Positions 35,449 through 46,628 of a stretch of 64,000 nucleotides of DNA are shown here, piece after piece (within the stretch, counting starts at the first letter, position 1; each line of letters begins with the position of its first letter). Made by a program: the position numbers and the translations under genes. The notes below the pieces were generated by a model. It was given only the letters and a program-made list of their open reading frames with translations, was not told the origin of the DNA and searched no databases. The stretch lies in the IMG/VR virus record IMGVR_UViG_3300002835_000007, positions 1-64,000 of that record; one strand, 5' to 3'.

Positions 35449-37029
35449 ATGAAATTTAAAGAATTAACGGATGAAGTAATCGAAAAAGCAAGACAAATCT
35501 ACACTGATAAAAGTATCAGTTGGGACAATAGAATGTCACTGTTAACAAATTTACTTGGTCGTTCAGAAAGAACTGTTCGCAAATGGTGTTCAGAGAAACT
35601 AGGGTTTAAAGAAAAAGCTGAAGTAGAACCAGAACAATACACCCAAGCAAAAAGCAAAGTGTTTGATAAAGAAAAGAAAAGATTTATCATTACATGGGCC
35701 CAAAACAACACTCCAATACATGCTAAATTTCTTAAAAACATTGAGAAATATGCTGAATTTATTGAAGCTGACATTCATGTTATTGCTGGACGATATAAAA
35801 ACCCTACTAGTGTATGGTCTGCTGAACAAGAAAATGAAGAGTTTTGGGATGAAAGAGTTGTAAAATACTTAGATGCTAACAGACATGATATACACAAATA
35901 TTTGTCTATATTATCTGATATTAAAATACCACCTACAGCGGTTAACCCTATGACTGGTATGCAAGCATTAAGTGGTGTCAATTCATGTGTTTTTGGTAGC
36001 CCTAAAGTGCAAATGGAGATGATTCCAGTGTTAGATGGTAACGCACCTAAAATGATGTTAACAACTGGTGCTGTAACGATGCAAAACTATACTGATTCAA
36101 AATCTGGTAAAGTTGGTGAGTTCCACCATACATTTGGGTTTGTTGTTGTTGAAATCAAAGATAATGAAATTTTCTTTGTTAGACAAGTAACTGCTGATGA
36201 TAAGAATGGTAACTTTTCAGACCTATATTATAGAGTTGAAAATGGGTTAATCAAACCTATTAAAACAATGGAAGCCATCATATTAGGTGATTTACATTGT
36301 GGTCATCATGACATAGATGTGTTGAACACAACAATTAATATGATGTATAAAATATTACCTAAACACGTAATATTACATGACGTATTTGATGGAGATTCTA
36401 TTAGTCATCACCAAATGAAAGACCCATTTGTTCAATATGGTAAAGAAGTGCAAGGTACTAATGATTTAGGTAAGGAAATCGATGATATGATGGTTATATT
36501 AGATAACTTTAAAGAGTTTGAAAATGTAGTTATTGTTCGTTCAAACCATGATGACTTTGTTGACCGATGGTTAAAGAATGAAGATTGGAAAAAACAACCT
36601 ACATTTAAAAACGCACCATTGTATATGGACTTGAGTGCTAGACTTTTAAGACAATATGCAACTGGTGATGAAGTGATTGGTGTTATTCCAGAATTAATCA
36701 AAGAAAGATTCCCTAAGTTTAAAACATTGGGTAGAAGTGCTTCTTATAGAGTTAAAGATTGGGAGTTGGGACAGCATGGTGATATTGGTTCTAACGGAAG
36801 TAGAGGTTCTTTGTTACAGTTTAGAAAATTGAACACAAAGATTGTAGTTGGACATTACCATTCTCCAGGTCGTAAAGATGGTGCATTAGCAGTAGGAACT
36901 ACGACAAGACTTAGAGTTGGGTACAATAATGGACCTAGTACATGGTTACAAAGTCACGTTATTATACACAATGATGGTAGAGCACAACATATTAATTTTA
37001 TTAATGGTGAATTTACAACATTTGGGTAA
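35449..37029 (+). CDS. N-terminal HTH + calcineurin-like phosphoesterase
   Basis: GRSERTVRKW; GDLHCG, HDVFDG, SNHD, QHGD, GHYHS. Confidence 0.8.
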   Translation: MKFKELTDEVIEKARQIYTDKSISWDNRMSLLTNLLGRSERTVRKWCSEKLGFKEKAEVEPEQYTQAKSKVFDKEKKRFIITWAQNNTPIHAKFLKNIEKYAEFIEADIHVIAGRYKNPTSVWSAEQENEEFWDERVVKYLDANRHDIHKYLSILSDIKIPPTAVNPMTGMQALSGVNSCVFGSPKVQMEMIPVLDGNAPKMMLTTGAVTMQNYTDSKSGKVGEFHHTFGFVVVEIKDNEIFFVRQVTADDKNGNFSDLYYRVENGLIKPIKTMEAIILGDLHCGHHDIDVLNTTINMMYKILPKHVILHDVFDGDSISHHQMKDPFVQYGKEVQGTNDLGKEIDDMMVILDNFKEFENVVIVRSNHDDFVDRWLKNEDWKKQPTFKNAPLYMDLSARLLRQYATGDEVIGVIPELIKERFPKFKTLGRSASYRVKDWELGQHGDIGSNGSRGSLLQFRKLNTKIVVGHYHSPGRKDGALAVGTTTRLRVGYNNGPSTWLQSHVIIHNDGRAQHINFINGEFTTFG

Positions 37030-37434
37030 TGAAAAAGAAATTTAAGAAGTATACAGAACTTACTAACATTAGAAAAAAAGAGTTAAATAAGTTGTTTAAA
37101 TCTAAAATTGAATTATATGAATGGCAGCATCCAATTAGATGGTGCCATAAGTATAGTGTTTCAAAAGAAGAGTGTAAGTTATGGTTGGCAGAATTAATTG
37201 CCAACCATGCTAAAACTCCAAAGAACACATTAGATTACGTACAATACTGTTTAGGTGCTTGGGGTAAACATTTTGAAATGACTACTCAACAATTCGATGT
37301 GATTAAAGAATGTATTGATACTGGTGATGACGCTAAACAAATAGCTTTCAATGTCTTAAACACCGTTAAGTTTGACCAAATAGAATTAATTAGTACTGAT
37401 GAACATTATTTTTTAGCTAAAGAATTAAAATAAT

Positions 37435-37887
37435 ATGATTAAAACAATAGCAGCTGGTGTATTTATTATTAATAAAAATAATAAAGTATTGATTTGTCAC
37501 CCAACAAATCATAAACCAAATACATGGAGCATACCAAAAGGTAAGATTGAAGCATTAGAAACTTTTGCTGAAGCTTGTATAAGAGAAACTTTTGAAGAAA
37601 CAAACATAGATTTATCAGATTATAAAGATAAATTGATTATGTTGGATAGTGTGAACTATTCACATAAAAAGAAAATGTTAATTCCTTTTGTTTTATTTGA
37701 GAATGATTGTGAGTTATTAGATTTAACTATGGTAACTTTACAATGTAACTCAAATGTTCCAGAAGATAGAGGTGGATTTCCAGAAATGGATGGTTATGAT
37801 TGGGTTACAATTGATGAAGCAAGAAAACTATTACATCCAACACAAGTTGCATGTTTAGATAAGGTTAAACAATTATTTTCAAGATGA
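37435..37887 (+). CDS. Nudix hydrolase
   Basis: WSIPKG...ACIRETFEETN; FPEMD. Confidence 0.9.
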   Translation: MIKTIAAGVFIINKNNKVLICHPTNHKPNTWSIPKGKIEALETFAEACIRETFEETNIDLSDYKDKLIMLDSVNYSHKKKMLIPFVLFENDCELLDLTMVTLQCNSNVPEDRGGFPEMDGYDWVTIDEARKLLHPTQVACLDKVKQLFSR

Positions 37888-38102
37888 TGAGATTAGATTT
37901 ACATGGGGTTAAACACCACGAAGTTTCCAGAAAAGTAGATGAATTTATCTGGGAAACTATTCAGAAGAAGAAGACACAAGCTGTTATTATAACTGGCAAG
38001 TCTACACCAATGAAACAATTAGTTAAAGATTGTTTAAAAGATTATGACGCTAAATGTTTTGATTTGTTTGATGGTGGAAGTTTAGTTGTAGATTTATTTT
38101 AA
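37884..38102 (+). CDS. stand-alone Smr domain protein
   Basis: LDLHGV...IITGKS. Confidence 0.8.
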   Translation: MMRLDLHGVKHHEVSRKVDEFIWETIQKKKTQAVIITGKSTPMKQLVKDCLKDYDAKCFDLFDGGSLVVDLF

Positions 38103-38164
38103 AATAAATTTGCAAAATAGAAAAAAAGTTAGTACATTTGAGTATATAATTAAAAAGTAAATAA

Positions 38165-39406
38165 ATGAGTGATGTAAAAAAAGTATGGAATGAAGATGAT
38201 AGTAGATTATATCTTTCTTTTCCATCAAAAGAATTTGACCTATTAGATAATGGTGCTGTTTACAGTATTGGTATTGATGAAATGGGCCGTTTCTTCTTAA
38301 CGAAGAAAAGTGATGGTTATAAGTTTGATTACAAACTTTATGGTTTGGAAACAGATTTTGTTAACCGAGTTATTAAAACATACGGTAAAACACAAGGAAA
38401 CTTGGGTATTTTATTGAATGGTATCAAAGGTACTGGTAAAACAGTTAGTTCTAAATTGATTGCAACAAAAATCAATTTGCCAATTATCGTAGTTGATAGA
38501 AAAATAGATGGTGTTCATACTTTCTTAAACACTATCACACAAGACATCACAGTTTTTATTGATGAGTATGAAAAGATTTATGGTGAATCTTCTCAAATGT
38601 TAACCATTATGGATGGTGCGTTAAACTCAACATACAGACGTTTGTTTTTGTTAACTACCAACGAGTTATATGTTGATAGAAACATCATTGAACGTCCAAG
38701 TCGTGTACGTTATTTGAAAGTGTTTGGTAATCTTAAACCAGATGTAGTTGAAGAAATTGTTGATGATATTTTAGAATACACACAATTCAAAAAAGAATGC
38801 ATTTCATTTATTTCTAGTCTTGAAACAATTACAATTGATATTGTAAAAGCAGTATTGAATGAAGTAAACATCCATGAAGAAGCTCCGTCTGCATTTGAAA
38901 ACGTGTTCAACGTTAAGAAAATCAAAGGTAACTACAATGTTAACCTTGTTGAAGATGGAAGTTTAAGCAAATTGGCTAAAAACGTTAGAGTTTATCCAAA
39001 ACCAACTTATGCTGATAATTCAATCGGTTACCACTTTGAAATTGATGGTCAATCAATCGGTATGATTACTAGAATCATTAACTGGACAACTATCGAGGTG
39101 TCACCATACACTGATAGAAAAGGTAAACTAGTAGGTTTTGATGAACCAATTATCTTAAAAATTGAAGATGCTGATACTGTTAACTACGCATACAGCTATG
39201 GTTCATTTGATGAGTTTGGTATTCCAACAAATGCAGCAGCAGTATCTACAACAAAAGAAGTTTCACCAATTGCTAATAGAATTTTAAAAGCAATTGAAAA
39301 ATCTGATGAAGAAGAAGATGAATCAGACAATGATGTTGTTGAAATGAAAGTATCATCTATACCATTAGTTGATGATAGTTTTGAATCTAAAACAATATGT
39401 GAATAA
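38165..39406 (+). CDS. AAA+ ATPase
   Basis: GIKGTGKT, FIDEYEK, TTN, RPSR. Confidence 0.9.
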   Translation: MSDVKKVWNEDDSRLYLSFPSKEFDLLDNGAVYSIGIDEMGRFFLTKKSDGYKFDYKLYGLETDFVNRVIKTYGKTQGNLGILLNGIKGTGKTVSSKLIATKINLPIIVVDRKIDGVHTFLNTITQDITVFIDEYEKIYGESSQMLTIMDGALNSTYRRLFLLTTNELYVDRNIIERPSRVRYLKVFGNLKPDVVEEIVDDILEYTQFKKECISFISSLETITIDIVKAVLNEVNIHEEAPSAFENVFNVKKIKGNYNVNLVEDGSLSKLAKNVRVYPKPTYADNSIGYHFEIDGQSIGMITRIINWTTIEVSPYTDRKGKLVGFDEPIILKIEDADTVNYAYSYGSFDEFGIPTNAAAVSTTKEVSPIANRILKAIEKSDEEEDESDNDVVEMKVSSIPLVDDSFESKTICE

Positions 39407-39451
39407 AAAATAAATAAGGGGACAATTGTCCCCTTATAAATTTAAAATTAA

Positions 39452-39832
39452 ATGACTAATAAAGTTAAAATAAAATTAAAAGACATAGTTCAATCTAAAA
39501 AACAGATTCATTGGTCCAAAAAACAATTAAATATGATTGATGGGATTTCTGATAATTATGATGAGGATATAAGTTTAATATGGGTCACAAAATTTAACGA
39601 AATTATTGATGGACATCATAGATATGAAATATTGATTAATAAATTTGGTGGTGAACATGAGATAACGGTAAGACAATTTAATGTGTCAAAAAAAATATTT
39701 AAAACAATAGTTTATATTTTTTTACCATTATCTTTAATTATTTTATTACCTTTGTATTTAATTATTGAACGTTTTAAATTTAAAAAATGGCAAAGAAAAA
39801 AAGAGAACATAGAATTAATGATGAAATCATAG
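39452..39832 (+). CDS. ParB/Srx-like domain with C-terminal TM helix
   Basis: IIDGHHRY. Confidence 0.55.
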   Translation: MTNKVKIKLKDIVQSKKQIHWSKKQLNMIDGISDNYDEDISLIWVTKFNEIIDGHHRYEILINKFGGEHEITVRQFNVSKKIFKTIVYIFLPLSLIILLPLYLIIERFKFKKWQRKKENIELMMKS

Positions 39833-40284
39833 CAAGAACTGTAAGAGTTGATGGTGTTATTATGTCTATTCAAGAAGCATTACATAAAGCTGAACAATCT
39901 GAAATGGATTTGGTTTTAATTAATGATAATGCTGAACCTAAAATATGTCGCATATTAAACTATCAAAAGTTTTTATACGAACAAAAAAGAAAAGACAAAG
40001 AAAAGAGTAAATCACTTGAACTTAAAGAAATAAAGTTAGGACCAAACACATCTGAAAATGATTTATCTTATCGTTCTAAACACATTATTGAGTTTTTGGA
40101 TAAAGGACATAAAGTAAAACTTACTATGCAGTTCAGAGGTCGTGAAATGGCCTTTGTTTCCAAAGGTGAGTTGATTATGTTAAAATTGATTGATTCGATT
40201 TCAGAACATGGGTTGCCAGAAAGTATGCCAAAGATGGAGGGTAAAAGAATGCAATGTCTTCTAAAACCAAAAGTTAAGAAATAA
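39787..40284 (+). CDS. infC: translation initiation factor IF-3
   Basis: INDEI, DLVLI..A.P.ICRI.NY.KF.YE, KEIKL, GHKVK..FRGRE. Confidence 0.93.
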   Translation: MAKKKREHRINDEIIARTVRVDGVIMSIQEALHKAEQSEMDLVLINDNAEPKICRILNYQKFLYEQKRKDKEKSKSLELKEIKLGPNTSENDLSYRSKHIIEFLDKGHKVKLTMQFRGREMAFVSKGELIMLKLIDSISEHGLPESMPKMEGKRMQCLLKPKVKK

Positions 40285-40320
40285 CCTTGACACTTTAAGA
40301 AAAAATACTTATTGTTGTGT

Positions 40321-40959
40321 ATGATTTTATTTATACAACAATATTTGTCGGAATACTACTATATTAAAACCAGTGAAGTTGGTAATGATGGAATTTATTC
40401 CATTATTGATGAAAGACGTATTCCGATACCATTCAATGGTGGCAAACTCATAAAAGAGATTGTTACCATTTTTGGTTTAGAAGAAGATGTTTTAAAATCA
40501 TATATAGAAAGTTGGGCTGTTTCAATAAAACCAGATGTAGATTTGGAATTTTATTGGAAAACAACAGAAGACTTATTTGGTTTTCCAATTGCACACCAAA
40601 TAGCAGCAACCACTATTGCTATGGATTTGGTTGCAGTACAACCGATGGACGGACCAAGAGGTGAGTTATTATATATGGATTTCCAATATGGTGTTGACAC
40701 AGCAACTGGTGATTCACAAACAGTTACAGCAACAACTAGAAATGGTCGTGTTTATAATGAAGAAATATATAGACAGAGTTGGGGTGATATGGTAGCACAA
40801 TTATCTGAAAACCAACAAAATCATATATTTGGAGAATTAGACCACCCAACACCAGCTATAAACATAACTGTAAATGATAGAGATGATTCGATAGTGTATA
40901 GTGCATTAAATAAATGGAAAGATATTATTGGGATATCTAGTAGAAAATTTGGAGAATAG
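40321..40959 (+). CDS. chimeric protein: paralog N-domain + Gol-like capsid segment + prohead-protease-like segment
   Basis: IAMDLVAVQPMDGPRG; RNGRVY...GELDHP. Confidence 0.7.
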   Translation: MILFIQQYLSEYYYIKTSEVGNDGIYSIIDERRIPIPFNGGKLIKEIVTIFGLEEDVLKSYIESWAVSIKPDVDLEFYWKTTEDLFGFPIAHQIAATTIAMDLVAVQPMDGPRGELLYMDFQYGVDTATGDSQTVTATTRNGRVYNEEIYRQSWGDMVAQLSENQQNHIFGELDHPTPAINITVNDRDDSIVYSALNKWKDIIGISSRKFGE

Positions 40960-41323
40960 AAAAGTTTTGTGTACATTTGTAGATATTTACTAATATGAAC
41001 GTTATGAATATGTTTAAAAGTAGGAAAGGTAAGATAAAAAGTGTTTTAGAATATAAACTTGGTAATAAGTTAGATGATAATGATATCAATGACATATTAG
41101 AAGTTTTTGATGTGTATCAAAAAGATAATTTAGATAGCATTGATAAATTAAAGCGAGATAAAGTTTACGAAACAAAAAGAATTAGTGGTGCATTGAAACA
41201 AACAATCAATGCTCATGGACCAATTACTAAACAATTCATTGGTTCAGCAACCAAAAGGGTTTATGGGTCATTGTTAAACAACGAAAAGAAAGAAAGTTTT
41301 ATAATAAGATTATGGAAAAAGAT

Positions 41324-41842
41324 ATGGAAAAAACAAAAATAGCAATATTTGATTTTGATGGGACATTGGTTAACACACCGATGCCAGATGAAGGTAAAGA
41401 TTTATACAAAGAAAAGACTGGCAAAGAATGGCCGCATAAAGGTTGGTGGTCTAAACCAGAATCATTAGACTTAGATGTTTTTGAAATGCCTACAGTTGAT
41501 GATGTAATTGTTGATTACGTATTAGAAGCAGCAACAAAAGATACAATCATTGTTATGTTGACTGGTCGTATGCAAAACTTATCAGATAGTGTTAAAAAAA
41601 TATTAGATGCACATGGTCTTATGTTTCACGAATACCATTTCAACAGAGGTGGCAGCACTGAATATGCTAAAATGAATACTATGGATGATTTACTTAATAA
41701 ATACCCATCAGTTAGAGAAATAAAAATGTGGGATGATAGAGATGAACACATTCCAATCTTCAAAGAATGGGGAGATAAAAAAGTATCATCTGGTAGATTA
41801 GACAAGTTTAAAATTAAACATGTTATTCAAAATAGACATTGA
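41324..41842 (+). CDS. HAD-family protein (RNA repair-like)
   Basis: FDFDGTLVNTP, GWWS, LTGR, WDDR. Confidence 0.8.
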   Translation: MEKTKIAIFDFDGTLVNTPMPDEGKDLYKEKTGKEWPHKGWWSKPESLDLDVFEMPTVDDVIVDYVLEAATKDTIIVMLTGRMQNLSDSVKKILDAHGLMFHEYHFNRGGSTEYAKMNTMDDLLNKYPSVREIKMWDDRDEHIPIFKEWGDKKVSSGRLDKFKIKHVIQNRH

Positions 41843-41929
41843 AAATGAACCCACTAAGAAATTAGTGGGTTTTTTATTTGTAATTTAAGAATATTATACA
41901 TACATTTGTAATAATTAATAATAAGAGTT

Positions 41930-42487
41930 ATGTTAAAAGAAAATTTTAAAAATAAGTTAATAGAAAGTTTCAATGATAATCAACATGATAATTTAAACGT
42001 TGGTGGGTTAATTTCATTTATGGAAAATTCAGATGTTAATTATTATATGGCTGATTTGAATGGCCCTATGGGTATGGCAACTATTAATGGTGTTTATATA
42101 GATATTAACAATATATTATCTAAATTTGGGTTCCCAATTGGAACAAACACTATGCTGCTTTATTTTATCATACTACACGAGACAGCTCATATGAAAAGAA
42201 TAATTAAATTAGGTAAGGATAAAGTGTTAGAGAAATTATCATTAACAGACTTTAATGATTTTTTTGAACATATTATTAATGAAGAATTAATTGCTGATAA
42301 TTATGGTTGTTTAATTTATTATCTTTTAAACAAAAAGAAATATCCTTCTTATTACACACAGAATTTAGGTGACGCAAAAAATAAAGAAAGATACAAACAA
42401 ACTGCCAGAGGTTTTTACGGGCAAATACAAAATGATGAGACAAAATATAACAAACTTGTCAATAGATTTATAAAAAAAATATATTAA
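41930..42487 (+). CDS. HExxH metallopeptidase-like protein
   Basis: ILHETAH...EELIAD. Confidence 0.6.
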   Translation: MLKENFKNKLIESFNDNQHDNLNVGGLISFMENSDVNYYMADLNGPMGMATINGVYIDINNILSKFGFPIGTNTMLLYFIILHETAHMKRIIKLGKDKVLEKLSLTDFNDFFEHIINEELIADNYGCLIYYLLNKKKYPSYYTQNLGDAKNKERYKQTARGFYGQIQNDETKYNKLVNRFIKKIY

Positions 42488-44473
42488 ATGATTAAAATAA
42501 ATGATATAATAGAAGGGAAGTTAAGTATGAACGCAAGTGGTTCTGCTTATTTGGTGAGTGAGAATATACCAAAAGATATTTACATACACAAATCTAAAAC
42601 AAACAAAGCGTTACATTTAGATAAAGTTAAAATAGAGGTAATCCATGGACAAGGACGTTCTATAGAAGGTAAAGTAATTGAAATTGTAGAACGATTTAGA
42701 ACAGAATTTGTAGGTACAATACAAATAAGTGAGAAGTTCGCTTTCTTTGTACCAGATTCAAATAAAATAATAATTGATTTCTTTATACCTTTGAATAAAT
42801 TAAATGGTGCTATACATGGTCAAAAGGTTGTTGCAGCATTGACTGAATGGAAAGAAGACGCTAAGAACCCTAATGGTAAAATAGTTAGAGTTATTGGTAA
42901 TTCTGGTGAACACGAAACGGAAATACATTCAATCTTAGAAGAATACGGATTACCTTATGATTTCCCAGATGATGTAATAGCAGAGTCTGAAGCAATATCA
43001 GAAGAAATACTACAATCTGAAATAGAGAAACGTATAGATATGCGTGATGTGTTGACATTTACCATTGACCCACATGATGCAAAAGATTTTGATGATGCGT
43101 TGAGTGTTAGATGGGTTGATGGAGTATTGGAAGTTGGTGTTCATATCGCTGATGTGGCACACTACATGCGACCAGAAACTGAATTGGATAGAGAAGCGTT
43201 TGCTAGAGGAACTAGTGTTTACCTAGTGGATAGATGCGTGCCAATGATACCAGAGAAGCTTTCTAACGGACTTTGTTCACTAAGACCACACGAAGATAAG
43301 CTTTGCTTTTCAGTGGTGTTTAAAATCGACCAAAATGGACGTGTGATGGATGAGTGGTTTGGTAGAACAGTAATACATTCTGACCATAGATTTACATATG
43401 AAGAAGCACAATCGATAATTGAGGTAGGTAAACTACCTAAAGATGCTATCGCTGAAGGTGAAACCTTAATATTTGAAAAATCTGGGTTAGGTTCTGTTGT
43501 TGGATGGGATAAAGCAACCAATTTAGGTAATGCTATATTGGTGTTGGATAAATACGCTAAGAAAATGCGTAAGGTAAGATTTAGCAAAGGTTCTATTTCA
43601 TTTGACAAACATGAAGTTAGGTTCAAGTTAGATGAAAACAACAAACCAATTGATATTATATTCAAGATTGGTAAGGATTCCAACAAATTGATTGAAGAAT
43701 ACATGTTATTGGCTAACAGACATGTTGCTCAGTTTATTAATCAAAAAGGTTTACCAATGGTTAACAGAGCTCATGATAAGCCAGATGAAGCTAAATTAGA
43801 AAGTCTTAAAGATTTCATTCATCAATTTGGTTATGAGATTAAAGTTGACACACCAGAAGAAACAACTAAATCTTTGAATAAGTTGCTGCGTGATGTAAGA
43901 GGTACTAGTGAAGAAGAAATGATTACTAATCTTGTAGTTAGAACAATGCAGAAAGCTGATTATAGAACAAAGAATATTGGTCACTATGGTTTAGGTTTCA
44001 AACATTATGCTCACTTTACAAGTCCAATCAGACGTTATCCAGATGTTATTGTACATAGATTGTTAGCGTTGTATTTAGATGATACTAGAAAGACTAACCC
44101 TAACATTGCTAAATTAGATGGTAAGTGTACACATTTATCTGAAAGAGAGAAGAAAGCACAAAAAGCTGAACGTGATAGCATTAAGTTCATGCAATGTGTT
44201 TATATGTCAGATAAGGTAGGTAAAGTTTACAAAGGTATGGTAACTAGTGTTGCTGAATTTGGGTTGTTTATTACTATCGAAGAGAATGGTTGTGATGGGT
44301 TAGTTAAATTATCTGACATAATGGGTGACACATTTGTTGCGGATACTGAAAATTACCGAGTTAAAGGTACTAAAACTGGTGCTTATTTACGTTTGGGGGA
44401 TGAAGTTCATGTAGTCGTAACGTCTGTTGATATTGAAAAAAAGAACATTAATTTATCATTAATTAACCTATAG
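42488..44473 (+). CDS. rnr: ribonuclease R
   Basis: TIDPHDAKDFDDA, RGTSVYL, IEEYMLLAN, HFTSPIRRYPD, C-terminal S1. Confidence 0.95.
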   Translation: MIKINDIIEGKLSMNASGSAYLVSENIPKDIYIHKSKTNKALHLDKVKIEVIHGQGRSIEGKVIEIVERFRTEFVGTIQISEKFAFFVPDSNKIIIDFFIPLNKLNGAIHGQKVVAALTEWKEDAKNPNGKIVRVIGNSGEHETEIHSILEEYGLPYDFPDDVIAESEAISEEILQSEIEKRIDMRDVLTFTIDPHDAKDFDDALSVRWVDGVLEVGVHIADVAHYMRPETELDREAFARGTSVYLVDRCVPMIPEKLSNGLCSLRPHEDKLCFSVVFKIDQNGRVMDEWFGRTVIHSDHRFTYEEAQSIIEVGKLPKDAIAEGETLIFEKSGLGSVVGWDKATNLGNAILVLDKYAKKMRKVRFSKGSISFDKHEVRFKLDENNKPIDIIFKIGKDSNKLIEEYMLLANRHVAQFINQKGLPMVNRAHDKPDEAKLESLKDFIHQFGYEIKVDTPEETTKSLNKLLRDVRGTSEEEMITNLVVRTMQKADYRTKNIGHYGLGFKHYAHFTSPIRRYPDVIVHRLLALYLDDTRKTNPNIAKLDGKCTHLSEREKKAQKAERDSIKFMQCVYMSDKVGKVYKGMVTSVAEFGLFITIEENGCDGLVKLSDIMGDTFVADTENYRVKGTKTGAYLRLGDEVHVVVTSVDIEKKNINLSLINL

Positions 44474-44511
44474 ACTTTATTTTTTAAGTTTTATTTAGTA
44501 TATTAGGGATT

Positions 44512-45315
44512 ATGAATGATGTTATATTTATTAATCAATATTTAGATAAAAACTATACTGTTATTACTGGCAACCTTGATTATTTAATCAAGGATACTAT
44601 AGATGATAAATCTATGGGGTTTTTAGATTTTAAAAAAGTTTTTATAAAAATATTTGGTGATTTTAAGTCAAGTGAAGAATCATCAACATCTATTATCATT
44701 TTAAATTCATGGTTTAATAATAAAAAAAGAATTTTAAATAAAAAACTATTTGATTTATTTGATGAAGTTGATGATGGTAGTCTGAAAAGTCTTTTCCTAT
44801 TAAATAAAATAAAAACTGTTTGTGATTCAGATTATAAATATGAATTTCACCATGATTTTATCACAAATGTGTTTATTGAATATTATAAAGATAAATACAT
44901 GTTGCATAAATTAGAGAATTATGTTAAGACATTCAATACTGATTTTGGAAGTGTTAAAATGATGAACGATTTTCAAGATGATTTTATTTTAGAACATGAA
45001 AAAATAATATCATTCGCAAAAGAATATCTAAATAATTGGTATAGTGAAACTGTTATTGGTAGTAAAGTTAAAGATTTACTATCACAATTAGTATTGACAC
45101 TAGGTTCTAGAAACTGGGTAGTGACTTGGATTGGTCATGGACCATTCAGCAAAAAAAGATTATTAGAAAAATTCATAAACGAAAGTACATATCATCATGA
45201 TTACATATTAAATATGTATGACAAATGGTATGGAGATGCAGTTATTGACGCATCTGAAAGAGTCATGGGAAGAAATCTAGGTATCTTTTCAAGTGGCAGA
45301 ATAACATTACAATAA
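44512..45315 (+). CDS. hypothetical protein (paralog family with 40321 and 53718)
   Basis: FINQYLDKNY...KIFG. Confidence 0.65.
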   Translation: MNDVIFINQYLDKNYTVITGNLDYLIKDTIDDKSMGFLDFKKVFIKIFGDFKSSEESSTSIIILNSWFNNKKRILNKKLFDLFDEVDDGSLKSLFLLNKIKTVCDSDYKYEFHHDFITNVFIEYYKDKYMLHKLENYVKTFNTDFGSVKMMNDFQDDFILEHEKIISFAKEYLNNWYSETVIGSKVKDLLSQLVLTLGSRNWVVTWIGHGPFSKKRLLEKFINESTYHHDYILNMYDKWYGDAVIDASERVMGRNLGIFSSGRITLQ

Positions 45316-45324
45316 AACTAAAAT

Positions 45325-45657
45325 ATGAAAACTATTATTAAAAAATTATTAATTATAACCTTATCAATAGCATTACTATCATTTGATAATAAATCTGAAC
45401 ATCATTGCAAAGCAACGTGGTATGACACAGCACCACATCCAAGAGTACATAGAAGCTATTCAACAGCAGCATTTAACATTTATCCAAGAGGAACATATTT
45501 ATCAGTAACCAATAAAACCAATGGTAAAGTTGATACTGTTATGATAACTGATATTCATGGTAAAGGTATTAACCACATTGATTTAAGTTTGAATTCATTT
45601 AAAAAGATTGCAAACCCAAAGGTTGGTGTAATAAACGTTGTAGTTAAAAAGTTATAA
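45325..45657 (+). CDS. RlpA-like DPBB protein
   Basis: ATWY, TAA...P.GT...VTN..NGK...ITD, IDLS..SF..IA. Confidence 0.8.
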   Translation: MKTIIKKLLIITLSIALLSFDNKSEHHCKATWYDTAPHPRVHRSYSTAAFNIYPRGTYLSVTNKTNGKVDTVMITDIHGKGINHIDLSLNSFKKIANPKVGVINVVVKKL

Positions 45658-45658
45658 A

Positions 45659-46024
45659 ATGAAACATTTTCTAATCGATATCGATGGAACTATATGTGAT
45701 GATATAAAGAATGAAGATTCACATTTATACATAATAGCAAAGCCGATAGAAGGTTCTATTGAACAAATAAATAAATGGTATGATGAAGGTCATACCATTA
45801 CTTTTTTCACTGCACGTGAAGAAAAAGATAGAGGTCTGACAACATTTTGGTTAGATAAATATAAAATTAAATACCATGGTCTTATAATGGACAAACCTAG
45901 ATGCGTCAACGATGATGATGAATACGTTTGGATTGACAACAGACCAGTTAGAGGTATTACCTATAAAGGTATCTGGGGTAATCTTAAAGAAGTTGTAAAA
46001 AAGATTTTAACTTTTGGTGATTAA
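45659..46024 (+). CDS. HAD phosphatase
   Basis: DIDGTIC, FFTAR, T..WL, KP, WIDN. Confidence 0.8.
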   Translation: MKHFLIDIDGTICDDIKNEDSHLYIIAKPIEGSIEQINKWYDEGHTITFFTAREEKDRGLTTFWLDKYKIKYHGLIMDKPRCVNDDDEYVWIDNRPVRGITYKGIWGNLKEVVKKILTFGD

Positions 46025-46628
46025 AAATTGTTTTATTAAAAATTTATTCATACATTTGTAGAAACTAAATTATATTATATGAAGTATTCAATTAGAATTA
46101 GCGGATATGGTTCTGAGATAACCATAGGTGCCGTTTCAGAAGAAGAAAAAGCAATCCTTTCAAATACAGAAAAGGACTTACAAGAACTTGTATTTGAAGA
46201 CCTAGAAGAAGTTTGTGGTTGGAGTGAGATTGATGACCAATTCCATTGCTTTGGTGCAACAACACCTTTTACAATTACAATTGAAGATGAAGAAGGTAAA
46301 GAGTTATATAAAATAGATGAAGAAAATATCTATGAATATGACACAGAAGAATTCTCATTGGTTGAGAATGAGTATCCAGAAATCGATGCAACACAAGACT
46401 TATTGATTTGTTACAGTGGTGAGAAAGGTTCTTTCTTCCTAGGGTATGTTGAATTAGAAGGTGAGTTTGACATAACAAAATTAAAAATAGTTTTCTCCGA
46501 TGTTGAAGTTGGTGATTTTTTCTATTTTGGCGATATCATTTCCAACGTTCTTTACGATGGTGAGGAATTAGATAACTGGGGTGGTGATACTAGTGGTAAA
46601 TCATTTGACGTTCTTAAAAATTTTTAAC

